Shown piece by piece: positions 8,829 to 16,382 of a stretch of 18,192 nucleotides of DNA (positions are counted from its first letter, which is position 1; each line of letters starts with the position of its first letter). The DNA comes from Candidatus Fraserbacteria bacterium (GTDB lineage: Bacteria; Bipolaricaulota; Bipolaricaulia; RBG-16-55-9). The stretch lies in NCBI GenBank assembly GCA_037442925.1, contig JBBIPG010000047.1, positions 1 through 18,192 on the forward strand. Reading direction: 5' to 3'. The notes under the pieces were generated by a model, which saw only the letters and a list, made by a program, of their open reading frames with translations, did not search any database and was not told the DNA's origin. The position numbers and the translations under genes were made by a program.

Positions 8829-10028
8829 CTACTCGATGATCTTGGTGACCACGCCCGCGCCCACGGTCCGTCCCCCCTCGCGGATGGCGAAGCGCAACCC
8901 CTCTTCCATGGCGATGTGCTTGATGAGTTCGCCCGTGATGCGCACGTTGTCTCCGGGCATCACCATCTCGACGCCGTTGGGCAGCGTGATGTTGCCCGTG
9001 ACGTCGGTCGTGCGGAAGTAGAACTGGGGCTTATATCCCGTAAAGAACGGGGTGTGACGGCCGCCCTCGTCCTTGGAGAGCACATAGACCTCGGCTTCGA
9101 ACTTCGTGTGGGGCGTGATCGTGTTGGGAGCTGCCAAGACCATGCCGCGCTCGACGTCCTCTTTCTCAATGCCTCGAAGCAGCACACCGACGTTGTCACC
9201 GGCGATGACGTTATCCAGGGTCTTATTGAACATCTCCAAGCTGGTCGCCACCGTCTTTACCGGCTTCTCGCGCAGCCCGACCAGTTCGACCTCTTGACCG
9301 GGCAGAAGCTGGCCACGATCGACTTTGCCGGTCACGACCGTACCACGGCCCTTGATTGAGAAGACGTCTTCGATCGGCATGAGGAACGGTTTATCGGTCT
9401 CTCGCTTCGGCTCGGGGATGAACTCATCTAAAGCGTTGAGCAGATCCATGATGGGCTGGGTGGCCTTGGGATCATTCGGGTTTTCCAGCGCCCTCTTGGC
9501 CGAACCGCGGATGACCGGGATCTTGTCGCCGGGGAACTGGTACTTCTTTAGTAGGTCACGCACTTCGATCTCTACTAGATCTACCAACTCGGGGTCATCA
9601 ACCAGGTCAACCTTATTGAGGAAGACGACCAGCGAGGGCACGTTCACTTGGCGGGCCAAAAGAACGTGTTCGCGCGTCTGGGGCATGGGGCCGTCGGCCG
9701 CATCCACGACCAGAATGGCCCCGTCCATCTGAGCTGCCCCGGTAATCATGTTCTTGACGTAATCGACGTGTCCCGGGCAGTCAATATGAGCGTAGTGTCG
9801 CTTTTCGGTCTGATACTCCACGTGAGCCACAGCCACCGTCAAGATCTTGGACGCATCGCGGACCACACCGCCTTTGGCAATATCCGCGTACGACTTCTCC
9901 TTGGCCATGCCCTTCTGGGCAAGAACCTTCGTCATGGCCGAAGTGAGCGTCGTCTTGCCGTGGTCGATGTGGCCGATCGTCCCGACGTTGACGTGCGGCT
10001 TCGTGCGCTCGAACTTCGCTTTCGCCAT
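8829..10028 (-). CDS. tuf: Elongation factor Tu (variant switch I)
   Basis: [45 protein letters not shown]. Confidence 0.99.
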   Translation of the reverse strand: MAKAKFERTKPHVNVGTIGHIDHGKTTLTSAMTKVLAQKGMAKEKSYADIAKGGVVRDASKILTVAVAHVEYQTEKRHYAHIDCPGHVDYVKNMITGAAQMDGAILVVDAADGPMPQTREHVLLARQVNVPSLVVFLNKVDLVDDPELVDLVEIEVRDLLKKYQFPGDKIPVIRGSAKRALENPNDPKATQPIMDLLNALDEFIPEPKRETDKPFLMPIEDVFSIKGRGTVVTGKVDRGQLLPGQEVELVGLREKPVKTVATSLEMFNKTLDNVIAGDNVGVLLRGIEKEDVERGMVLAAPNTITPHTKFEAEVYVLSKDEGGRHTPFFTGYKPQFYFRTTDVTGNITLPNGVEMVMPGDNVRITGELIKHIAMEEGLRFAIREGGRTVGAGVVTKIIE

Positions 10029-10112
10029 GTAAACCTCCTCGATATTCCTCTAGAATGAAATGATGGCGACCGGGCAAATCGCACCCCTCTGCTCCGGACA
10101 GTGGGCTTCGGG

Positions 10113-10184
10113 AGCCCGCGGCCGGGATTGAACCGGCGGCCTTTTCCTTACCAAGGAAACGCTCTACCACTGAGCTACACGGGC
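10113..10184 (-). tRNA. tRNA-Thr(GGT)
   Basis: GCCCGTG acceptor, anticodon arm TTTCC-TTGGTAA-GGAAA, GGTTCAATCC; discriminator followed by CCC (no full CCA). Confidence 0.96.
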
Positions 10185-10195
10185 GCGATCTCGTT

Positions 10196-10224
10196 ATTAT
10201 AGCGGAAAGTCCCCCCTACAACAA
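10196..10224 (-). promoter_or_regulatory. sigma70-type promoter for tRNA-Thr(GGT)-tuf and downstream genes
   Basis: TTGTTG-17 nt-TATAAT, perfect -10, 11 nt upstream of the tRNA. Confidence 0.7.
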
Positions 10225-10229
10225 GCCGG

Positions 10230-10311
10230 TGGAGGGGGAGGGATTCGAACCCCCGTAGGCTGCGCCACCTGGTTTACAGCCAGGCCCGGTTGGCCGCTTC
10301 GGTACCCCTCC
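10230..10311 (-). tRNA. tRNA-Tyr(GTA)
   Basis: GGAGGGG acceptor, anticodon arm CCTGG-CTGTAAA-CCAGG, long variable arm, GGTTCGAATCC; discriminator followed by CCG. Confidence 0.96.
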
Positions 10312-10352
10312 AGATCCGATCTGTTCGTGTTCTTCCGTGAGCTCCACTGGGG

Positions 10353-10425
10353 AGCCGGCGGAGGGACTCGAACCCACGACCCGCGGTTTACAAAACCGCT
10401 GCTCTACCGACTGAGCTACGCCGGC
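10353..10425 (-). tRNA. tRNA-Thr(TGT)
   Basis: GCCGGCG acceptor, anticodon arm GCGGT-TTTGTAA-ACCGC, GGTTCGAGTCC; discriminator followed by CCC. Confidence 0.96.
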
Positions 10426-10439
10426 CCATCGCCCAGGGC

Positions 10440-10468
10440 ATGCTAACGCGCGGAGGGGCTACTGTCAA
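10440..10468 (-). promoter_or_regulatory. sigma70-type promoter for the tRNA cluster
   Basis: TTGACA-17 nt-TAGCAT followed by a GC-rich discriminator, 14 nt upstream of tRNA-Thr(TGT). Confidence 0.8.
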
Positions 10469-10515
10469 CTCCTCCCGACCCGTACGTGCGATAGAGGGCG
10501 CGTCTTCCGGATGGG

Positions 10516-10695
10516 TTACTTGCCCGGTCCTTTGTCTTTCTTCTCCTCGCGCTCCACATACTCGAGGATCGCTTGAACGACGAGGTAGTTGACCGAGCGA
10601 TCTCGCTTCTTGGCCAGTTTGGTCAGTCGCTCAATCGGCTGATACTGCCGCTTCTCTTGGGGCACGTAAATGCTCAACTTATCCATGGGCACCAT
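10516..10695 (-). CDS. Small ribbon-helix-helix (CopG/Arc/MetJ-like) DNA-binding protein, 59 aa
   Basis: Hand translation MVPMDKLSIYVPQEKRQYQPIERLTKLAKKRDRSVNYLVVQAILEYVEREEKKDKGPGK; very strong SD GGAGGAGGTGA; beta strand (KLSIYVP) then helix-RS-helix pattern. Confidence 0.85.
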   Translation of the reverse strand: MVPMDKLSIYVPQEKRQYQPIERLTKLAKKRDRSVNYLVVQAILEYVEREEKKDKGPGK

Positions 10696-10762
10696 GCTTC
10701 ACCTCCTCCGGGGTGTGGGCGTCCGCCTTACCCCATTCAGCTTGGTGTTATGGGTTGGTGTC

Positions 10763-10791
10763 ACTGTAGCAGAATCATCGATCCAAATCAA
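10763..10791 (-). promoter_or_regulatory. Putative promoter of the RHH gene
   Basis: TTGATT-17 nt-TACAGT with extended -10 TG; overlaps aroQ stop codon. Confidence 0.55.
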
Positions 10792-11222
10792 GTTGCTTCC
10801 GTGAGGAGTCTTTCGATTGCTACTAAATAGCTTTGATATCCTTTTCCGCTCACTTGTGCGAGGCAAACCGGCGCGATGACCGAGACCCTTCGAAACTCCT
10901 CACGCCGATGGATGTCTGATAGGTGCACTTCCACGGTGGGCAGTCCCACGGCAGCGATCGCATCCCGAATGGCATAGCTGTAATGGGTAAAGGCTGCCGG
11001 GTTGATCACCACGCCCTCGGCCCAATGGCGCTCATTCTGCAACACATCGATGATCGCCCCCTCGTGGTTGGATTGAAAGAACTTCACCTCCACTCCCTGC
11101 TGATCGGCGAATCGACGGATGCCTGCGTTGAGTTCCTCTAGCGTCTGAGAGCCATAGATCTGCGGCTCCCTCTCACCGAGCAAGTTCAGATTGGGACCAT
11201 GAATCACGAGGATCCTCTTCAT
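10788..11222 (-). CDS. aroQ: Type II 3-dehydroquinate dehydratase
   Basis: HGPNLNLLGEREPQIYG, QSNHEG, INPAAFTHYS, VEVHLS, REEFR. Confidence 0.98.
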   Translation of the reverse strand: MKRILVIHGPNLNLLGEREPQIYGSQTLEELNAGIRRFADQQGVEVKFFQSNHEGAIIDVLQNERHWAEGVVINPAAFTHYSYAIRDAIAAVGLPTVEVHLSDIHRREEFRRVSVIAPVCLAQVSGKGYQSYLVAIERLLTEAT

Positions 11223-11244
11223 GGAGTTTCAATTCCAAGAACGG

Positions 11245-12336
11245 TCATGAGAATACACGAAGATCTTCCAGTGCTTCCCGAATCTCGATTTCTTCCACTC
11301 CCGCGAGAGTAGCTTGGCCTATGCCCCGGAGCAATACGACGCGGATTTGCTTCTGCCGGGCCTTCTTGTCCCTGTAAATATAACCGAGAAATGACTCTTT
11401 TTCAAGATCAGCTGGAAGCGAGGGTCTGGGAAGCCGACCCAGCAGCGCTGCCATTCGCTCGAAGTCCTCTCGAGCTAGCCATCCTCTCTTGTGAGATAGA
11501 TGCCCTTCGGCCAGCATGCCCCAGGCCACCGCTTCCCCATGGAGGAAGTGCTGGTACTTCGTGGCCGCCTCCAAGGCATGGCCGAGCGTATGCCCAAAAT
11601 TCAGAAGAGCCCGCTGCCCCGCTTCTCGTTCATCTGCGGAAACGATCTGGCTCTTGATCCCCACGGAGCGCTCGATCAGAGGTGTCAGTCTCTCAAGGTC
11701 TTCCAGAGAACTCTCTTCTCTCAAGTGGGCTTCCAGTTGCGCGAAGAGTTCTCCATCGCAGCTGCAGCCATACTTGATGATTTCTGCCAGACCCGCCCAG
11801 CGCTCGCGTTCGGGCAGCGTCCGGAGAAATTGAGGATCGATCAGCACGAACTGGGGCTGATGAAAGGCTCCAATCAGGTTCTTCCCCAGGCGATGATTGA
11901 TCCCCGTCTTACCACCGATGGCCGCGTCCACTTGGGCCAGAAGCGTCGTGGGAACTTGAACCCAGCGTACACCTCGCAGGTACGTCGCGGCGACGAAACC
12001 GGCCAGATCGCCCACCACTCCGCCCCCCAGCGCCACAAGAGTCGTATCTCTATCGAATCCTACCCAGATGAGACGCGTGTACAGCTTATCCAGCCATTCT
12101 AAAGATTTGCTCGATTCGCCAGGGGGAACAGGGATCAACTGAGCATCCACTCCAACATGCTTTAGCTGGGCGAGCGTCGAAGCACCGTACAGTTTTTCGA
12201 CGGTCTTATCTGTAATGATCGCCGCACGTCTTCCCAACTCGTGCTGGGAATACAGCTGTCCCAACTTCTCTGAGGCCCCGGCTTCAACATAGATGGGGTA
12301 ACTCCGCTCGTCTAACGCCACGTGGATCGTTCTCAT
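11245..12336 (-). CDS. aroB: 3-dehydroquinate synthase
   Basis: GGGVVGDLAGF, PTTLLAQVDAAIGGKTG, LNFGHTLGHALE, HGEAV. Confidence 0.98.
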   Translation of the reverse strand: MRTIHVALDERSYPIYVEAGASEKLGQLYSQHELGRRAAIITDKTVEKLYGASTLAQLKHVGVDAQLIPVPPGESSKSLEWLDKLYTRLIWVGFDRDTTLVALGGGVVGDLAGFVAATYLRGVRWVQVPTTLLAQVDAAIGGKTGINHRLGKNLIGAFHQPQFVLIDPQFLRTLPERERWAGLAEIIKYGCSCDGELFAQLEAHLREESSLEDLERLTPLIERSVGIKSQIVSADEREAGQRALLNFGHTLGHALEAATKYQHFLHGEAVAWGMLAEGHLSHKRGWLAREDFERMAALLGRLPRPSLPADLEKESFLGYIYRDKKARQKQIRVVLLRGIGQATLAGVEEIEIREALEDLRVFS

Positions 12337-12869
12337 TTGAGTCCCGCATCTCGTAGTTTCTGTAAGATCTGCTCCAAGGCTTCTTCAGGAGTACGATCAT
12401 TCTCGATCACACAGTCTGCCTGTAGATAGTAGGGCTCGCGAGCCGCCAACAGTTTTTCAAGCAAGATCAGCCTCTCGTTGCGGTCTCTTCCCATTAGAAG
12501 AGGACGATATGGATGCTCGGGAAGGCGAGTTAGGATTGTTTCCGGCTGCACTTTCAGATAGATCGAGTATCCCCCAGCCTGGATCAGTTGGCGATTGATC
12601 GGGCGCAGTACCGCTCCCCCTCCGAGGGAGATGACCCAGCCCGTCTGCTGACTGAGCTCGAGAAGGGTTGTGGTCTCGAGATCGCGAAAATGGGCCTCCC
12701 CGTGCTCGCGAAAGATCCCCGCAATGGAGCAATTTGCACGTGCTTCGATCCATTCATCTGTGTCCGCGAACGGAGACCCCAGCTCCTCTGCCAGCAGCCT
12801 CCCCAACGTGGTCTTGCCGGAACCCATCATGCCCATGAGGTAGATGTTGGTTGCTGCTGCTTGTCGCAT
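12333..12869 (-). CDS. aroK: Shikimate kinase
   Basis: P-loop GMMGSGKTT, DTD, GEAHFRDLE, GGGAV, RPLL; ATGA overlap with aroB. Confidence 0.97.
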   Translation of the reverse strand: MRQAAATNIYLMGMMGSGKTTLGRLLAEELGSPFADTDEWIEARANCSIAGIFREHGEAHFRDLETTTLLELSQQTGWVISLGGGAVLRPINRQLIQAGGYSIYLKVQPETILTRLPEHPYRPLLMGRDRNERLILLEKLLAAREPYYLQADCVIENDRTPEEALEQILQKLRDAGLK

Positions 12870-12871
12870 GG

Positions 12872-13735
12872 CTATCCGAGGTGGGGTACCTCATTGGCTG
12901 GCGCTGGGGGAGCTACAGGTGAACCGGCACGTAGAGATGTCCTTAGTTCGCGGGCAAATTCCCGGAGTTGTTCCGGGGAGATCCCTGCAGCTATTCTCTC
13001 AGCTAGGGCATTCCCTACAATCGCGCCCTGTGCGCCCGCCCGAATGAATGTAGCAAACGACGCGAGGCCTGAACCCTCAGACGCTGCCACAAGGGGCAGT
13101 TCGCTAGGGACGAGTGCTCGAACGCGCTGCAGCGAGGTCTCCAGTTGGGTACCGCGATCCATCCCATACGGCAAGAGGAAGCACAAAAAACCTGTCGTCT
13201 CTGCTGCAATGGCCTTGAGACGCTCTTCTGACGTCTCAGGCGTGGCCAGAAAGATCGTGTCGACGCGATATCTGCGCGCGTGAGAGAGGAAAGAGGCCGC
13301 CTCTTCGACCGGCAGATCCAACACGAGTACCCCGTCGATACCCGTCTCCAAGCCGCGCTTGAGAAAGGCCTCCTCTCCCATGGCGAGAACGGGGTTGTAA
13401 TAGGTCACGAGCACGATGGGTATGGAAGTCTCCCGACGGAGTTCCTTCACCAACTCGAAGATGGCAAGAGGAGTGGTGCCGGCGTTGAGTGCACGCTGGT
13501 TCGCGTCTTGAAGGACCGGCCCATCGGTTATCGGGTCCGAGAAGGGGATGCTCAGTTCTACTGCATCCATCCCTGCGGCGATGAGCGCTCGGATGTACTC
13601 GCGGCTCCGCGCAAGATCGGGGGCGCCTACCACCAGATGTCCAACGAGTGCCCCTTCCCCTCGGACACTCAGTTCCTTAAAGCAGGTTTGAATGCGACTG
13701 ATGGTGTTCGCTGATTCTCCCAAGGTCTTTATCAC
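12872..13735 (-). CDS. trpA: Tryptophan synthase alpha subunit homolog with degenerate substrate/phosphate-binding motifs
   Basis: ELSIPFSDPITDGPVLQ, TYYNP, DLPVEE; start uncertain (GTG 13735, or TTG 13723 with SD GGGGTGA). Confidence 0.88.
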   Translation of the reverse strand: MIKTLGESANTISRIQTCFKELSVRGEGALVGHLVVGAPDLARSREYIRALIAAGMDAVELSIPFSDPITDGPVLQDANQRALNAGTTPLAIFELVKELRRETSIPIVLVTYYNPVLAMGEEAFLKRGLETGIDGVLVLDLPVEEAASFLSHARRYRVDTIFLATPETSEERLKAIAAETTGFLCFLLPYGMDRGTQLETSLQRVRALVPSELPLVAASEGSGLASFATFIRAGAQGAIVGNALAERIAAGISPEQLREFARELRTSLRAGSPVAPPAPANEVPHLG

Positions 13736-14984
13736 CCCGGCCGGAAAGCGTGACGACGATCAGCCCGTCGCGTCCGAGGAGCTTCGCTCGCTCGACGGCC
13801 GCGTAGACGGCATGTGCACACTCAAGCGCAGGACTGATCCCCTCCAGCTCTGAGAGTTGCCGAAAACCTTCGAGGGCCTGTTCATCCGTGACTGTGATGT
13901 ACTCCACTCGGTGCATCTCATGACAGAACGCAAGCTCTGGTCCGACAGCAGGGTACGCAAGTCCTGTGGCCAGGCTGTGCGCGTCTTTCGTTTGTCCCCA
14001 TTCGTCCTGCAACACATAGCTCTTCGCGCCATGGAACACCCCGACTCGGCCGTGACCGACCGCGCCGGCGTGACCGTTGGCGGAACCTCCCGCTTCGACT
14101 CCCAGAAGCTTCACCCACTCGTCGTCGATGAAAGAATGAAACGTGCCTACCGCGTTACTTCCTCCACCGACGCAGGCAATGATGAGATCCGGCAGGCGTC
14201 GCTCTTTTCGCAAGATCTGCCCCTTGAGTTCTTCGCCGATGATCCGCTGAAAGTCGCGCACCATAAGAGGATAGGGATGTGGACCTATGGCAGAGCTAAT
14301 CACATAGTGCGTCGTCCGCGCATTCGTCGCCCAGTCCCTAAAAGCCTCGTTGATGGCATCTTTCACAGTTGCTGTGCCTGTCTTTACAGAGTGCACTTTC
14401 GCGCCCAGAGACTGCATGCGAAGGACGTTTAGCTTCTGGTGTTGCCTGTCTACTTCCCCCATGTAGATCTCTGTCTGTAGTCCCAGGGCAGCCCCTGCCA
14501 TGGCCGTGGCGACCCCATGGTCACCTGCTCCGGTTTCGGCAATGAGCCGAATCTTCCCTGTGCGTTTGGCGAGCAGTGCTTGACCGATGGCATTGTTGAG
14601 CGTATGGGATCCCCCATGAACGAGATCCTCACGCTTGAGGTAGATGCGGGCTCCGCCACACGAGTCTGTCAGTCGGCGGGCGAAGTAGAGCGCAGTGGGC
14701 CGACCGCAGTACTCCGTCTGGAAACGTCGCAGCTCCTGCTGGAACGCGAGATCCTCGCGGGCCGCGTGATAAGCCTTTTCGAGTTCTTGAAGCGCAGGCA
14801 TGAAGATCTCTGGAACATACCGGCCGCCGAAGGGACCGAAGCGACCGTCTTGCGGCCAGCTGCTCAGCTTTTTCGGCTTTTCTTGAATCTGTGTCCGTGC
14901 GGATCGATCAGTCATGGCCGAGTCCATCTTAAGGGAAGAGGAGAAGCGAGAGCAAGCGAGGGACTCTGGAGTCGCGGGGTTCAT
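13677..14984 (-). CDS. trpB: Tryptophan synthase beta subunit homolog lacking the PLP Schiff-base lysine
   Basis: GRFGPFGGRYVPE, YLKREDL, AETGAG, GPHPYP, CVGGGSNA, LSGRGDKD; HK motif reads HT. True start may be a downstream ATG (~14927 or ~14915). Confidence 0.92.
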   Translation of the reverse strand: MNPATPESLACSRFSSSLKMDSAMTDRSARTQIQEKPKKLSSWPQDGRFGPFGGRYVPEIFMPALQELEKAYHAAREDLAFQQELRRFQTEYCGRPTALYFARRLTDSCGGARIYLKREDLVHGGSHTLNNAIGQALLAKRTGKIRLIAETGAGDHGVATAMAGAALGLQTEIYMGEVDRQHQKLNVLRMQSLGAKVHSVKTGTATVKDAINEAFRDWATNARTTHYVISSAIGPHPYPLMVRDFQRIIGEELKGQILRKERRLPDLIIACVGGGSNAVGTFHSFIDDEWVKLLGVEAGGSANGHAGAVGHGRVGVFHGAKSYVLQDEWGQTKDAHSLATGLAYPAVGPELAFCHEMHRVEYITVTDEQALEGFRQLSELEGISPALECAHAVYAAVERAKLLGRDGLIVVTLSGRGDKDLGRISEHHQSHSNLL

Positions 14985-14987
14985 TTG

Positions 14988-15146
14988 TCAATGCACTGCT
15001 ATCCACCCGATGGTGGCCAGGGTGAGAATCCTCCCGTAGACGCTGACGAGCCAGGATGCACAGCCTAGCAAGAAGAGCAACGCTTCCAGATTCACAAAGA
15101 CGAAGAGCAAAGCGTTCACAGTTTTTCTGCTGCCATGCAAGCCCAT
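14988..15146 (-). CDS. Putative small membrane protein (52 aa) upstream of trpB
   Basis: Hand translation MGLHGSRKTVNALLFVFVNLEALLFLLGCASWLVSVYGRILTLATIGWIAVH; stop 3 nt before trpB ORF ATG; no SD, but lies just below an extended -10. Confidence 0.45.
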   Translation of the reverse strand: MGLHGSRKTVNALLFVFVNLEALLFLLGCASWLVSVYGRILTLATIGWIAVH

Positions 15147-15154
15147 TACCGTCA

Positions 15155-15163
15155 AGAATAACA
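15155..15163 (-). promoter_or_regulatory. Putative extended -10 promoter (TGnTATTCT) for the trp/aro operon
   Basis: Minus-strand TGTTATTCT, 8 nt upstream of ATG 15146; no clear -35. Confidence 0.4.
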
Positions 15164-15171
15164 AGAAACCT

Positions 15172-15215
15172 GGTGGAAAGAGAATGGCTAGAGGGTGGAA
15201 GGCTGGTGGAAACTG
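15172..15215. repeat. Four phased 11-bp direct repeats (core GGTGGAA)
   Basis: ggtggaaagag|aatggctagag|ggtggaaggct|ggtggaaactg. Confidence 0.7.
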
Positions 15216-15297
15216 CTGCTAGCTTGCGTCACTGAGATCGTATCGCGCTCAAGTCTGCATGGGAAGCCCGTCCTGTAAGACTGCCGAGCCCGACGTT

Positions 15298-16233
15298 CTA
15301 GCGCCTGTCGTCTCCAGGTTGTGACCGAATGGGGGCTGTTTCGGGTTTAAAGCGCCAGAGGAGCAGAAGGCCAATGGCGGCGAAGTACACAACTACCGCC
15401 AGTAGGATCTCGATAAGGCCCGGAGATGAGGGGGCAAGCGGCCATTGGGCCTCCAGCAGTTGTGATTTGTGGTTGATCTTCAGAACTCCATTCGGGAACT
15501 TCACCTGTGAGGGGGCGGAGAGGATGTTGGCTAAGGTGAAATTGACCGCGAAGTGCACTCCAATGGGTAACCAGAGCGTACCACTCTTCAAATAGCCAAT
15601 CCCCATCAAGATACCCGCGAGCACGGCGTTGACAATGGGCATTAAATCCGGCGCTGAAGTCGATGCTGTTGTTACGACTCCTCCAGCATGTACAAGACCG
15701 AAGAGAATTGAACTGATAAGAACAGCAAGCCAGCGTCCCAATCCCGTCATTAAGGTCTGCAATAGATAACCTCGGAAGATGACCTCTTCTAGAGCCGCAG
15801 CCCCTAACCAGGCCAACCCATAGATCACGAAAATCCCTAGTGCAAACACGGGATTAACTCCGAGAATTCGTATTACTGCGGTGCTTCCTGAGGTGCTTTT
15901 AGTAGGTAAGACGAACAGGATGAGTGTAATTGCAGTCCCCAATAAGAAGCCGCCAGCGAATGCCAGCACACTCCTGCGGTTAAGTTCTAATCCCAGTGAG
16001 CTCCAGGGTCGTTTGTCGACATAGCGAATGAGAACGAAGATCACAACGAGAGTCGGAATCAACAGGGAAGCTTGAGCGCCTATTACCTCTAAGAATGAAT
16101 AGGCTGTGAAACCGAAAACAAGACGATAGAGTATCCTCCAGAGAACAAATGACATTCCCCAAAGGAATACGAATAAGACAAGCCGCCAGCCTGCTCTTAT
16201 CCGATTCTCTCTGCTTACAAAGACACTTCTCAC
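15298..16233 (-). CDS. CPBP family (CAAX protease/Abi, Rce1-like) intramembrane glutamic endopeptidase
   Basis: Motifs EEVIFRGY, SSILFGLVH, YLKSGTLWLPIGVHFAVN; N-terminal RAGWR; multi-TM. Confidence 0.93.
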   Translation of the reverse strand: MRSVFVSRENRIRAGWRLVLFVFLWGMSFVLWRILYRLVFGFTAYSFLEVIGAQASLLIPTLVVIFVLIRYVDKRPWSSLGLELNRRSVLAFAGGFLLGTAITLILFVLPTKSTSGSTAVIRILGVNPVFALGIFVIYGLAWLGAAALEEVIFRGYLLQTLMTGLGRWLAVLISSILFGLVHAGGVVTTASTSAPDLMPIVNAVLAGILMGIGYLKSGTLWLPIGVHFAVNFTLANILSAPSQVKFPNGVLKINHKSQLLEAQWPLAPSSPGLIEILLAVVVYFAAIGLLLLWRFKPETAPIRSQPGDDRR

Positions 16234-16382
16234 AGGTTCTTAGGAAGTATCACTCTCCTTCGTTTACCATTACAGACAGGTGAATCCATCATTAACAGGA
16301 TCGGGATAGTCTACGCAGGGATCAGGTGGTACTTCATAACAGTTGGCGCATTCTGAATGGATCAAGAGTTCGGCAACAAGGT

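Noticed and set aside
9781..10170. 129-aa minus ORF
   Set aside because: Overlaps tRNA-Thr and tuf in another frame; not protein-like.
10113..10425. tRNA cluster as an integration site for a mobile element
   Set aside because: No integrase, and I saw no duplicated tRNA 3' end in the window.
15172..15215. Repeats as a CRISPR array
   Set aside because: Units are 11 bp with no spacers and no cas genes.
14985..15297. Classical trp attenuator or T-box upstream of trpB
   Set aside because: No tandem Trp codons, no hairpin plus U-tract terminator and no T-box motif seen.
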